This document shows positions 9,336 through 18,335 of a DNA stretch of 52,993 bases, one piece after another. The stretch comes from Acidobacteriaceae bacterium (lineage in GTDB: Bacteria; Acidobacteriota; Terriglobia; Terriglobales; Acidobacteriaceae): NCBI GenBank assembly GCA_035765555.1, contig DASTXK010000372.1, positions 1 to 52,993 on the forward strand, in the 5' to 3' direction. A program made the translations under genes and the position numbers. The notes beneath the pieces are model-generated. The model did no database searches. It was given only the letters and a program-made list of their open reading frames with translations, and was not told the DNA's origin. The stretch's first letter is position 1, and each line of letters starts with the position of its first letter.

Positions 9336-9392
9336 GCAGGATAGTGGGGGTTGACAAGGATATTCCGCGTGTTGGAGCGGAAGCGGTCCCGA

Positions 9393-9458
9393 CCCCACTC
9401 ATGCGCAAAAGACACGCGCATGAATGGGGCACCCAAAACCATGTGTGGGCCACCCGCC
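9393..9458 (-). repeat. REP-like hairpin (GGGTGCCCCA...TGGGG) plus half-copy GGCGGGTGGCCCAC
   Basis: CCCCAC-TCATGCGC-N9-GCGCATGA-ATGGGG followed by CACCC tail; second tail at 9445-9458. Confidence 0.8.
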
Positions 9459-9467
9459 CGGACGAGC

Positions 9468-10157
9468 TCAGCCCGGACTACAGCCCATGATCGCGGACGC
9501 GCTTGGTCGATCCCTGTAAGACATAATCGTGATCACCACGTCCTTTGCACCTTGCGGATTCGGCACCAGCGGCTTCATCATCCAGATGCCGCCTCCGTCA
9601 AGCGACACGATTTGCTCTGCAATCTCCTCTGTAGAGGGTGAGCCCATGGGGGGCAGTGAGATTCGCAGGTCGTTTAGTGAATAGGCCAGCGAATATGCAA
9701 ATGTGGGGATCCTCCCGACACCCATTTGTATCAACCCGGTGAGTTGCATTCCCATGTCAGCCATTGTGGCATTTTTAAATCCCCTAAAATTCTTGAACCG
9801 ATGGTTCAGGACGTCCTCTTGCCATGGCAGCATATCAGGCGGGGTAAGCAGCACGGTGCCATGTTCCTCAGTCGCTTCATAATCGGCTAATCCTGCTACC
9901 TTCCGAAGATCATCACGAGCATCAGAATCTGAGAAGTCAAATGAACCCGAGACGCGACACAATCGTGCGTAGTCCTTTCCGAGAATGATTCCGATGGGGA
10001 GTTTAGCCCGACGGCCAATTTCAGTAATCGTCTTTATTGCAGTCCCACTGGAAGTCAGGGTCACACGTGGGTGAATTGGAGGTTTCGCTTGTCCCAACGC
10101 AATAATCGCACCTACTGTGATCCATACAATCCCCGTTATTGACAATGCCCGCTTCAC
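9468..10157 (-). CDS. Low-GC secreted hypothetical protein (candidate immunity/partner protein)
   Basis: AGGAGGAG RBS just after the upstream stop, GTG start at 10157, signal peptide MKRALSITGIVWITVGAIIALG. Confidence 0.75.
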   Translation of the reverse strand: MKRALSITGIVWITVGAIIALGQAKPPIHPRVTLTSSGTAIKTITEIGRRAKLPIGIILGKDYARLCRVSGSFDFSDSDARDDLRKVAGLADYEATEEHGTVLLTPPDMLPWQEDVLNHRFKNFRGFKNATMADMGMQLTGLIQMGVGRIPTFAYSLAYSLNDLRISLPPMGSPSTEEIAEQIVSLDGGGIWMMKPLVPNPQGAKDVVITIMSYRDRPSASAIMGCSPG

Positions 10158-10168
10158 CTGGCTCCTCC

Positions 10169-12499
10169 TTACTGTGGCTTGGAAATGCTTCCATTTATTG
10201 AGATAGAGGTACAGGCGTAAACGACCGAATTCGTCTGCAACGTATATGTTTGACCGTTCCATGTGTCCGTAGGATGTTGCGTAGTTGAGGTGGTGGCGCT
10301 TCCGGTGCAATATGTGCTACAGACACGGTACGTATCACCGAACATACCTGAGGCATTGGTTGATCCTTGGCCAGTTTGGATATTCCCCATATGTAGACCA
10401 TCACTTTGTATGGTGTATGATTCCGCCATTTGCTGGTAGGAGGCCAGTATGCCTGCTCCGGTTTGATCTACGACTTGCTTTGTTACGTCTCGGATCCAGC
10501 CTGAATAACCGGGATCGCAGCTATTGGCAACATTTGAGTTATCCCACTGTATGGGATCAGCCGTGGGAACTTGAACCGTGCCCGGCGCACTGCCGCTGCC
10601 GCCGCCGAAAAGGGGACAGCCTGAAGGGGCGCAGTAATTCGGCGCATAGAGGGGCACGTCGGAGTATCCGGCGCTCAATGTAATATCGCCGGCGGAAATA
10701 CCGTTGACCAGCCCTGTCTGGACGGTGGCCACGCTCGTATTGCTGCTGTTCCAGGAGGCGTTTGTAGTGTAGTCGTACTGCGAGCCGGTATTCCACTGGG
10801 CAGTGAAGGATTCCTGCGTCTGTTCGTTTATGGCGACGCCGAACGGGTCAAACAAAATTGAAAACAGGGTTGATCCGTCGCAGGTCGGACAGTTCGTGTA
10901 GCAAGTGGCTTTGCGGACGTTGTAAATGCCTGAATCCACAGCGAGCAGTATATTTTGATTTTCCGCCTCGATTCCCACGATTTTCGCGCTTCCTTCCTGC
11001 GTGCCCGGAGGAATAATGTTCCCCTCGGCGTCCGCGCCGGCAGTGCGGATGATGTCGGAGATGTCAAACATGGCCGTCGCTCTTGGGCCAAGCGTCATCA
11101 GGTCGTCATAGTGGCCTCCGGCGAAAACGAGGCGGAAGATGAAGGTCTGCTCCTCGTCGGCGGGGTTCCATATCGTGACCATGGTGTCATCGCCGTTGCC
11201 GGTGCTCCAGTAGGACAGCGACTTGCCCGCACTTTTCACAACGCCGCGTGAAGCGACCTCGAACACGTACGTGTTGGTCTTGTCAACGCTGCCTGCCGCC
11301 ATCAGAAGCCCTGTCTGGCCCTGAGTATCGAAAACCATATTCAGGCTTCCACTGAAGTCCTTCAAGCCAGCCGACGCCAGCAACGAAGGCATATCCAGGC
11401 GGTAGGTCTGGCTGGGCAGCAGGCGAATGGACGGAAGCTGGAAGGACGTCGGCGCGGCGCCCTGCATCCACCAGAGAGCTGGCGTAACCGTGATGGGAGA
11501 AAGCGAGACATTACGGAGCAATGAGTAGGGCGTGAATATGGTTCCCGCTGGGAAGCTCATATAGGGATCGGCTTGGCCGGTCATCAGGCCCAACTCGGCG
11601 AAGCTCTGCGGTATGATGGCGTGCGCCCCCTTAGGTGGCGTGCGCTCGGGCGCGGCGAATGGCAAATTGGCCGAATAACCAACGCCAACATCCTCGAGTC
11701 CTCCGTTGATCAGCAACGCATCCGGCGCTCCAACATAAGTGATGCGGATTCCGCCCTCCTTGGTAGCAGCCGTTTGCAGTTCCAACAAATCCAGAGTGGT
11801 CATGCCTTGTGGCGGAACCGTGATGGTGTGGCTACCCAAAACCGCGCCGAGATTACCTTCGATCTGTACGGTCGCGTTCATCGCTTTTGGGGTTGTGTTG
11901 GCCAGCGTGAGGAAGCCGGTCACGTTCTTTTCCTGCTTCCACCACATCCCTTCTCTTACCTGAGACGCGGACTTTTCCGCTTGCGAAGATAAGGGTCCGG
12001 GCGCGGAAAATCCGAAGCTGAATACCATGCTGCGTGTCAGGTCCACAACTCTCAAATAGGCGCAGAGCGGCTCCCAAGGCCAATTGTATTGAATCTCCAC
12101 CCAGCCGGAGAGCGTTGCCAGAGGGGCAATCCCCATGCTTTCCAGGCTGGCGCCGATGTCCACCTTGGCGATGCCTGAGGGCGCGAGTTGCACAGCGGGC
12201 AACTGGTATTTTGTGCCGTCGCTGAGGTGCAGAACGGGCGCTACGGTGATCGAAGCGTTTTCCACCACATTCTTCAGGTAAAGGATGGACTGATCATGCG
12301 CATCGACGATCCACGGGCCCCCCGCAATTGAGCCTGGAACAGACCGCAGTTGGAAGTGCGTCTTTGCCTCCGGCGCGATCGGATCATGCGGTGCGAGGAC
12401 CCTGGGCTGTTGAGCAGCGGCGATAACAGCCAGCAGGCTGATGGCGATGCCGGCGAATGCGGCGCGAGGGATCAGATAGCGGCGACTGCGGATGCCCAT
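10169..12499 (-). CDS. Large secreted protein: degenerate beta-sandwich repeats, Cys hinge, Big_2-like Ig domain, divergent C-terminal module
   Basis: GGAGGT RBS; signal peptide; SWNSSNTSVATVQTGLVNGISAGDITLSA Ig group-2 signature; GC drop after VQVPT. Confidence 0.85.
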   Translation of the reverse strand: MGIRSRRYLIPRAAFAGIAISLLAVIAAAQQPRVLAPHDPIAPEAKTHFQLRSVPGSIAGGPWIVDAHDQSILYLKNVVENASITVAPVLHLSDGTKYQLPAVQLAPSGIAKVDIGASLESMGIAPLATLSGWVEIQYNWPWEPLCAYLRVVDLTRSMVFSFGFSAPGPLSSQAEKSASQVREGMWWKQEKNVTGFLTLANTTPKAMNATVQIEGNLGAVLGSHTITVPPQGMTTLDLLELQTAATKEGGIRITYVGAPDALLINGGLEDVGVGYSANLPFAAPERTPPKGAHAIIPQSFAELGLMTGQADPYMSFPAGTIFTPYSLLRNVSLSPITVTPALWWMQGAAPTSFQLPSIRLLPSQTYRLDMPSLLASAGLKDFSGSLNMVFDTQGQTGLLMAAGSVDKTNTYVFEVASRGVVKSAGKSLSYWSTGNGDDTMVTIWNPADEEQTFIFRLVFAGGHYDDLMTLGPRATAMFDISDIIRTAGADAEGNIIPPGTQEGSAKIVGIEAENQNILLAVDSGIYNVRKATCYTNCPTCDGSTLFSILFDPFGVAINEQTQESFTAQWNTGSQYDYTTNASWNSSNTSVATVQTGLVNGISAGDITLSAGYSDVPLYAPNYCAPSGCPLFGGGSGSAPGTVQVPTADPIQWDNSNVANSCDPGYSGWIRDVTKQVVDQTGAGILASYQQMAESYTIQSDGLHMGNIQTGQGSTNASGMFGDTYRVCSTYCTGSATTSTTQHPTDTWNGQTYTLQTNSVVYACTSISINGSISKPQ

Positions 12500-12625
12500 T
12501 TCCATACCTCCACTACGTGAAGTCAGTTGGGCCGTCGACAGATTGGGAGAAAGCAAGCGCCAGCGTCAGGGGAGGGTCTCTGGAATCGCTTCAGGCGTGG
12601 CTGGCTCGAAAACTGAAGCGGAATA

Positions 12626-12653
12626 ATTATGAGCCCGATTCGGATTGTGTCAA
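12626..12653 (-). promoter_or_regulatory. Putative sigma70 promoter for the large secreted protein
   Basis: Minus strand TTGACA-N16-CATAAT, about 125 bp upstream of the start. Confidence 0.55.
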
Positions 12654-12701
12654 GCAGAATTTTCGAGTTATTGTTTTTGCACGTCTACCGAATTGCGCTT
12701 C

Positions 12702-13190
12702 CTACATTTTTCTATTGCGATCGCTGGCAACAAGCGCGAGGGCTTCGGCTTTGGTGTGGATGCGGCCTTCGAGTTGGGCGTCTTCGGCGAGGGCGAGGAG
12801 GCGCTTGAAGTCGGGGCCGGGGGTGTATCCCGCCGCGATTAAGTCATTGCCGGTGAGCAGGAGTGGCGGGCGGACTTCTTCTTCAGGCGTGGCTTCGTAT
12901 TTTTCTTTGGCGAAATTGTAGAGGTCGAGGCCGCCGTGGCTGGCGAGGCAGTCCATGCGGTGCAGGGCCAGGTGTTCGGGAAAATCACGCAGGCGGAAAA
13001 AGCGCTTGAGGGTTGAGGGCTTCCTGCGGCGCACGTCTCCGAAGCGCATGTGGTTTTCGACGAGGGCGGCGATCTGGGCGGAGTCGTCGTTGGAGAAGCG
13101 GAGGCGGCGGCAGATGTCCTGCGATTCGACGTGTCCGTTGAAGCGGATGCGTCCGGGGCCGGGCTGGAAGGTGGCGGGCTTGCCGATGTT
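12702..13190 (-). pseudogene. cca: 3' fragment of CCA tRNA nucleotidyltransferase (HD region and tail)
   Basis: IGKPATF...RIRFNGHVE..ICRRLRFSN...HMRFGDV...LKRFFRL...LHRMDCLASH...PLLLTGNDLIAAGYTPGP...AQLEG; catalytic N-terminal domain, HD motif and start are absent. Confidence 0.8.
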
Positions 13191-13194
13191 CACA

Positions 13195-13226
13195 GGTTGC
13201 CCCACGTCTCGATTTTGAGACGTGGG
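13195..13226 (+). repeat. REP-like hairpin
   Basis: GGTTGC tail + CCCACGTCTC-GATTTT-GAGACGTGGG perfect 10-bp stem. Confidence 0.8.
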
Positions 13227-13293
13227 AGACGCAGTGCTCCATTCAAGCCCTGCTCTTTACAACCACCGCGTTGAAGGCGATGCTGAAGGAGCC

Positions 13294-14004
13294 GTGAAGA
13301 ACAGCATCAGCATCTCCAAGGAAGATTATTTGAAGGCCGTGCTGGAGGCCGAGTGCGAGGGCCAGACCGTGATTTCGGCCACGCTGGCGCACTGGCTGGG
13401 CGTCTCGCCGCCAGCGGTCTCCATGGCGCTGCGCCGTCTGAAGCGCGACGGCTATGTGGACGTGAAGGCCGACGGGGTGGTGAAGCTCACTCCCAAAGGC
13501 CGCCAGGTGGCGCGCCGCACCGCGCTTCGGCATCACCTGATCGAGCGCATGTTGTCGGAGATGTTCGGGATGCCTTGGTACGAGGTCCACGATGAGGCTG
13601 AGCGGCTGGAGCACGCCGTCTCTCCCGCATTCGAGGCGCGGCTGCTCGAAAAGCTGGGCGAGCAGGGAACCTGTCCGCATGGCAATTCGGTGCTGCCGGA
13701 AAGCCCCGCGCGGCGCGCACGCCGCGGACTGCTGACGCTGGCCGAGAGCGGGGAGCGGGCCGACTACACCGTCGCCAGCCTTTATGAGCGCGACCCCAAA
13801 CTGCTGCGCTTTCTGCACGAGATTGGAATCGCTCCCGGCGGCGCCGTCCGCGTGCTGAAGAAGAACTATGACCAGACGCTGGCCATCGAGACGGATTCGG
13901 GCCAGGTGACGATCGGCGCTCCGGCAGCGGAGAAAGTCTGGGTCATGCTGCAAGCAGGGCCCGCGAGTGCAGGGCCACAAGCGGGTGCGAAGAAGCGCGG
14001 GTGA
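13294..14004 (+). CDS. DtxR/MntR family metal-dependent transcriptional regulator with FeoA domain
   Basis: EDYLKA, LGVSPPAVS HTH, RHHLIE, EAERLEH, TCPHGN; GAAGGAG RBS before GTG 13294. Confidence 0.92.
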   Translation: MKNSISISKEDYLKAVLEAECEGQTVISATLAHWLGVSPPAVSMALRRLKRDGYVDVKADGVVKLTPKGRQVARRTALRHHLIERMLSEMFGMPWYEVHDEAERLEHAVSPAFEARLLEKLGEQGTCPHGNSVLPESPARRARRGLLTLAESGERADYTVASLYERDPKLLRFLHEIGIAPGGAVRVLKKNYDQTLAIETDSGQVTIGAPAAEKVWVMLQAGPASAGPQAGAKKRG

Positions 14005-14040
14005 AGGATAAGTGCGCCCGGATGTAGGATTCAGGCAAGG

Positions 14041-17000
14041 ATGCGAACCCACCGCCGATGTCTCTACTCCGCCTTCCCGGCCTGCGCGGTCATGGCCGCG
14101 CTGCTGCTGTGCGCGGCGGCGTGCTGGGCGCTCGATCCGCATCAGGACCTGCGGCACTACGGCTATCAATCGTGGCAAACCGACAACGGCCTGCCGCAGA
14201 ATACGGTCCACGCGGTGGCGCAGGGCCGCGACGGATTCATGTGGTTCGGCACTGAAGCCGGACTGGTCCGCTTCGATTCGGTCCGGTTCCGCGTCTACAC
14301 GCACAAGAACACGCCGCAGATCCCCGGCGACCTCATCTACGCCCTCATGCAAGACCGCTCAGGCGCGCTCTGGATCGGTACCGCCAACGGCATCGCCCGC
14401 TACAGCGATGGAGTGTTTCAAGGCTTTCCGGACACTGCGGGCAGCATCGCCTGGTCGCTTTTCGAGGACCGTGACGGGCGCGTCTGGGCGGCGACCTCCT
14501 CGGGATTGTCGCGGCAGGACGGCGCGGGATTCATCAACGTGCCAGGGGTTCCGCCGCTTGATGAACACAGCCGCCTGCTGGAACTCGACGACGGCTCGCT
14601 CTGGCTTTCGACCACCGAGGGGCTGTTCCACGCCGCGCCCGGAAACGCGACCTACTTCACCTTGGCCGGAGCGCCTTCGCCGGTCGAGGCCCTCGCGCTC
14701 GACGGGGCTGGACGGGTGTGGGCGGGCACGCGCAACGGCGTGGAAGCCTGCAACATGGCCGGCTGCGAGTCCATTGCAGCGCTGGCCAACAAGCGCGTTC
14801 ACGCGCTGGCCGCCGCTCCAAATGGAGCGGTCTGGATAGGCGGCGACGCGGGACTGTGGTTTTACGACCCGGCGCATCCGTCGAAAATCCAAAGTTATTC
14901 GGAAAAGAATGGCCTGCCCGCCGCCCGCATCAACCTTCTCTTCCGCGACCGTGAAGGCGCGCTCTGGATCGGCACCTCATCCGGCATCGCTCGGATGGTG
15001 GACAGACGGATCGAGTCATTCACGCCGCGCGAGGGCTTCTCCAGCAACCTTGTCCTTTCCGTCGCCGAAGACCGCGAAGGGAACCTCTGGCTGGGCACCG
15101 AATCCGGCGGCGTCGACATTCTCCGCAACCGCAAGTTCACTACCTACACAGCGGCGGACGGCATCTCCGACGACCATATTCTCGCCGTCACGCAGGACCA
15201 CTCCGGGACCGTCTGGCTGGGCACCGACGGAGGCGGGCTGGACTCCGCGAATCCCAGCGCCATTGACCAGCACGGCTTTTCCACGCTGACCACGGCGAAC
15301 GGCCTTTCCAGCAACATCATTCTGTCGCTGGCCGCCGCGCCCAACGGAGACCTCTGGATCGGCACTCCCGATGGCCTCGACCGCATGCGCGGTCGAACGG
15401 TCAAGGTCTTCACCTCTGCCGATGGCCTCGCCGACGACTTCGTCCGCTCGCTCTACTTCGACGCGCAGGGCACGCTCTGGATCGGCACGCGGCGCGGCCT
15501 GTCGCAGTTCCAGAATGGCAAGTTCACGACGTGGACGGCCCTCGACGGCCTCGGCAGCGACTTGGTTGGAGCCATCGCGCAGGCGCGCGGTGGCGGCCTC
15601 TGGATCGCCACGCTCGGCGGCCTGACGCGAATGCAGGAGGGCCATTTCCGGAACTACACGACTCGCGACGGTCTCTCTAACCGCGTCATCACTGCGCTGC
15701 ATGAGGACGACGACGGCGCGCTCTGGATTGGCACCAACGGCGGTGGACTCAACCGCTGGCGCGACGGCGCTTTCAAATCCGTGCGGCCTGAAGGCGCGGA
15801 CCTGCCCGCCAACGCGGACCTGCCCGCCAACATCTACAGCATTCTCGCCGATGACAGCGGCCACCTCTGGATCAGCTCCAACGAAGGCATTGACCGCGTG
15901 AGCCGCGACGCGCTCAACCACTACGTAGACGGCAAGGCCGCTTCGCTCCCCGTCCAGCGCTACGGCACCGCCGATGGCATGAAGATCAGCGAGGCCAGCA
16001 GCGGCGGACATCCCGCCGCATGGCGTCTGCGCAACGGGGCGCTGTGGTTCGCGACCCTGAAGGGCGTGGCCACCGTGAACCCCGCGCATCTGGACACCAA
16101 CCGCGTGCCTCCGCTGATGGCTATTGTGCGCTTCAGCGTGGACGACCAGCCTGAGCCGGACGCCGCTACCGGCCCGCTGAAGATCGCCGCCGGAAGCCGC
16201 CGCTTCGCTTTTGATTACGCCGCTCTCAGCTTCGCCGCGCCCAGCAAAGTGCGCTTTCGCTACAAGCTCGACGGCTTCGACCACAAGTGGATCGACGCCG
16301 GTTCCGAGCGCAGCGCGTACTACACCAACCTTTCTCCGGGGCACTACCGGTTCGAGGTCATGGCCAGCAATAACGACGGCGTATGGAGCGCCGCCCCGGC
16401 CTCGCTCGCCTTCCAGTTGCGGTCCTATTTCTACCAGACCATCTGGTTTTATGTGCTGCTGATCATTGTCGCCGCGCTGCTGGCCTATGCCGCGTATCTG
16501 TGGCGGGTGCGCCAGGTGGAGTCGCGCTTCAACGCCGTGCTCGCCGAGCGCAACCGCATCGCCCGCGAAATCCACGACACGCTGGCACAGGGCTTCGTCG
16601 CCGTTTCGGTTCAGTTGCAGCTTGCAAAGCAACTGCTCTCGCATTCGGGCGAGGCCGCACGTGAGTCTCTGGACGAGGCGCAGAATCTGGTGAAGACCGG
16701 CCTTGACGATGCGCGCCGCGCCATCTGGGAGCTGCGCTCGCAGGGTTCGGAGAACCGCGACCTCGCCTCGCAGCTTGTCCAGATGTCCGAGCGCGTCACC
16801 AGCGGCTCGCAGATCAAGCCCCAGGTCGAAGTCCAGGGAACATACCGCCCGCTGCCTGAGCGCACCGAGAGCGAGTTGCTGCGCATCGCGCAGGAGGCCG
16901 TCACGAACGCCGTCCGGCATTCCGGAGCCAGCACTGTAGAGATCATGCTCAAATTTTCGCGGCGGCGCATCCGCATGACCATCGCCGATAATGGACGGGG

Positions 17001-17160
17001 GTTCACCGGCCCGGCTCCATCCGTCCTTGACGGCCATTTTGGACTCACCGGCATGAGCGAGCGCGCGCAACAGATCGGCGGAACCATTACGATAACCAGC
17101 AGCGAGGGGGAAGGGACGCGGGTGCGGGTGGAAGTCCCAACCGGAGGCGAAACCAGATGA
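14041..17160 (+). CDS. Sensor histidine kinase with periplasmic Reg_prop beta-propellers, Y_Y_Y domain, TM, HisKA_3 and HATPase
   Basis: Many LWIGT repeats, AYYTNLSPGHYRFEV, ERNRIAREIHDTLAQ, QEAVTNAVRH, DNGRGF. Confidence 0.95.
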   Translation: MRTHRRCLYSAFPACAVMAALLLCAAACWALDPHQDLRHYGYQSWQTDNGLPQNTVHAVAQGRDGFMWFGTEAGLVRFDSVRFRVYTHKNTPQIPGDLIYALMQDRSGALWIGTANGIARYSDGVFQGFPDTAGSIAWSLFEDRDGRVWAATSSGLSRQDGAGFINVPGVPPLDEHSRLLELDDGSLWLSTTEGLFHAAPGNATYFTLAGAPSPVEALALDGAGRVWAGTRNGVEACNMAGCESIAALANKRVHALAAAPNGAVWIGGDAGLWFYDPAHPSKIQSYSEKNGLPAARINLLFRDREGALWIGTSSGIARMVDRRIESFTPREGFSSNLVLSVAEDREGNLWLGTESGGVDILRNRKFTTYTAADGISDDHILAVTQDHSGTVWLGTDGGGLDSANPSAIDQHGFSTLTTANGLSSNIILSLAAAPNGDLWIGTPDGLDRMRGRTVKVFTSADGLADDFVRSLYFDAQGTLWIGTRRGLSQFQNGKFTTWTALDGLGSDLVGAIAQARGGGLWIATLGGLTRMQEGHFRNYTTRDGLSNRVITALHEDDDGALWIGTNGGGLNRWRDGAFKSVRPEGADLPANADLPANIYSILADDSGHLWISSNEGIDRVSRDALNHYVDGKAASLPVQRYGTADGMKISEASSGGHPAAWRLRNGALWFATLKGVATVNPAHLDTNRVPPLMAIVRFSVDDQPEPDAATGPLKIAAGSRRFAFDYAALSFAAPSKVRFRYKLDGFDHKWIDAGSERSAYYTNLSPGHYRFEVMASNNDGVWSAAPASLAFQLRSYFYQTIWFYVLLIIVAALLAYAAYLWRVRQVESRFNAVLAERNRIAREIHDTLAQGFVAVSVQLQLAKQLLSHSGEAARESLDEAQNLVKTGLDDARRAIWELRSQGSENRDLASQLVQMSERVTSGSQIKPQVEVQGTYRPLPERTESELLRIAQEAVTNAVRHSGASTVEIMLKFSRRRIRMTIADNGRGFTGPAPSVLDGHFGLTGMSERAQQIGGTITITSSEGEGTRVRVEVPTGGETR

Positions 17161-17804
17161 ATGAGCCGACACGCATAGATAAGGAACCGATCAAAATCCT
17201 CGTCGTGGACGACCACGCCATTGTCCGCAAAGGATTGGTTGCTCTGCTCAATACGGTCGATGGACTGCGCGTTGTTGCTGAAGCGTCCGACGGCGAAGAG
17301 GCGATTCTGGCGCATCGCAATCACAAGCCGGACGTCACCCTGATGGACCTGCGCCTGCCCAAGATCAGTGGCGCAGACGCCATCGCCCGCATCCGGCGCG
17401 AGCAGCCCACGGCCCGCATCATTGTGCTCACCACCTTCGACGGCGACGAGGACATCTATCGCGCCTTGCAGGCGGGAGCGAAGGGGTATCTGCTCAAGGG
17501 CATGGACGCGGCGGAGCTGACCGAAGCCATCCGCGCCGTTTACGCCGGCAAGTCCAAGATTCCGGCTGTTGTTGCGGAGAAGCTCGCCGGGCGCATGGGC
17601 GGTCCCGTGCTCACCGGGCGTGAGCTTGAGGTGCTGAAGCGCATTGTCGCTGGCCGCAGTAACAAGGAGATCGGCAGCGACCTCCACATCTCCGAGGCCA
17701 CGGTCAAGACCCACATCAACAGCATCCTGAGCAAGCTGGGTGTCAGCGACCGCACGCAGGCCGCCACCAGCGCCTTGCAGCGGGGCATTGTGTATCTGGA
17801 GTAG
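17157..17804 (+). CDS. NarL/LuxR family DNA-binding response regulator
   Basis: VVDDH, LMDLRLP, LTGRELEVL...SNKEIG...TVKTH; ATGA overlap with the kinase. Confidence 0.95.
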   Translation: MNEPTRIDKEPIKILVVDDHAIVRKGLVALLNTVDGLRVVAEASDGEEAILAHRNHKPDVTLMDLRLPKISGADAIARIRREQPTARIIVLTTFDGDEDIYRALQAGAKGYLLKGMDAAELTEAIRAVYAGKSKIPAVVAEKLAGRMGGPVLTGRELEVLKRIVAGRSNKEIGSDLHISEATVKTHINSILSKLGVSDRTQAATSALQRGIVYLE

Positions 17805-17810
17805 TTCCAA

Positions 17811-18335
17811 ATGCGAAGACTCATTGCGGTTGCGATTTTGTTTTTCGGCTGCGGCCTTCTGTGTCAGGCACAGACCGCGCATGAAAGCTGGCGTCCGGCC
17901 ACAGCGGCCGAATTGAAAGCCCTGCTGCCGCCGCGCGCGCCAGTGGTCCGCGAGCGCATCGAGACCGAGATGCGCACCGCCTCCGGCATCACCGATGGCT
18001 ACGGCAAGTACGTCGCCGGGGTCGTGCTCATCACCGCCGGATACTCGGCCAACGGCAAGTACTCGCATTTCTTCGTGACCCAGGTGCCGCTCAAAATTGG
18101 AGACTTCGACCTTGCGCCCGGACAGTACCTCATTGGCTGGGAGCACGGAGAAGACCTGCTCAACGTCAAGTTCTATGAAGCCACTTCCGGACGCCTGCTC
18201 GGCTCGGTCACGGCGCGGCTCAACTCGTCCATCAAGCGGGTGGAGTCGTTCCGCATCTGGCCGCCCGCCGACCGCTCCGTCATCCAGATCGGCCGGTTCA
18301 CCTTTCCCTACCAAATTGGAGGCGAAGCGAACTGA
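17811..18335 (+). CDS. Secreted hypothetical protein
   Basis: Signal peptide MRRLIAVAILFFGCGLLCQA; tightly coupled within the operon. Confidence 0.8.
   Translation: MRRLIAVAILFFGCGLLCQAQTAHESWRPATAAELKALLPPRAPVVRERIETEMRTASGITDGYGKYVAGVVLITAGYSANGKYSHFFVTQVPLKIGDFDLAPGQYLIGWEHGEDLLNVKFYEATSGRLLGSVTARLNSSIKRVESFRIWPPADRSVIQIGRFTFPYQIGGEAN

Noticed and set aside
9167-9641. Short ORFs across the REP hairpin
   Set aside because: They arise from repeat sequence and antisense overlap; no RBS or recognisable domain.
10158-10310. Extended start of the partner ORF overlapping the large gene
   Set aside because: A strong RBS and signal peptide support GTG at 10157.
15016-18314. Long minus-strand ORFs (718 and 567 aa)
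   Set aside because: Antisense shadows of the kinase and regulator in high-GC DNA; no motifs.
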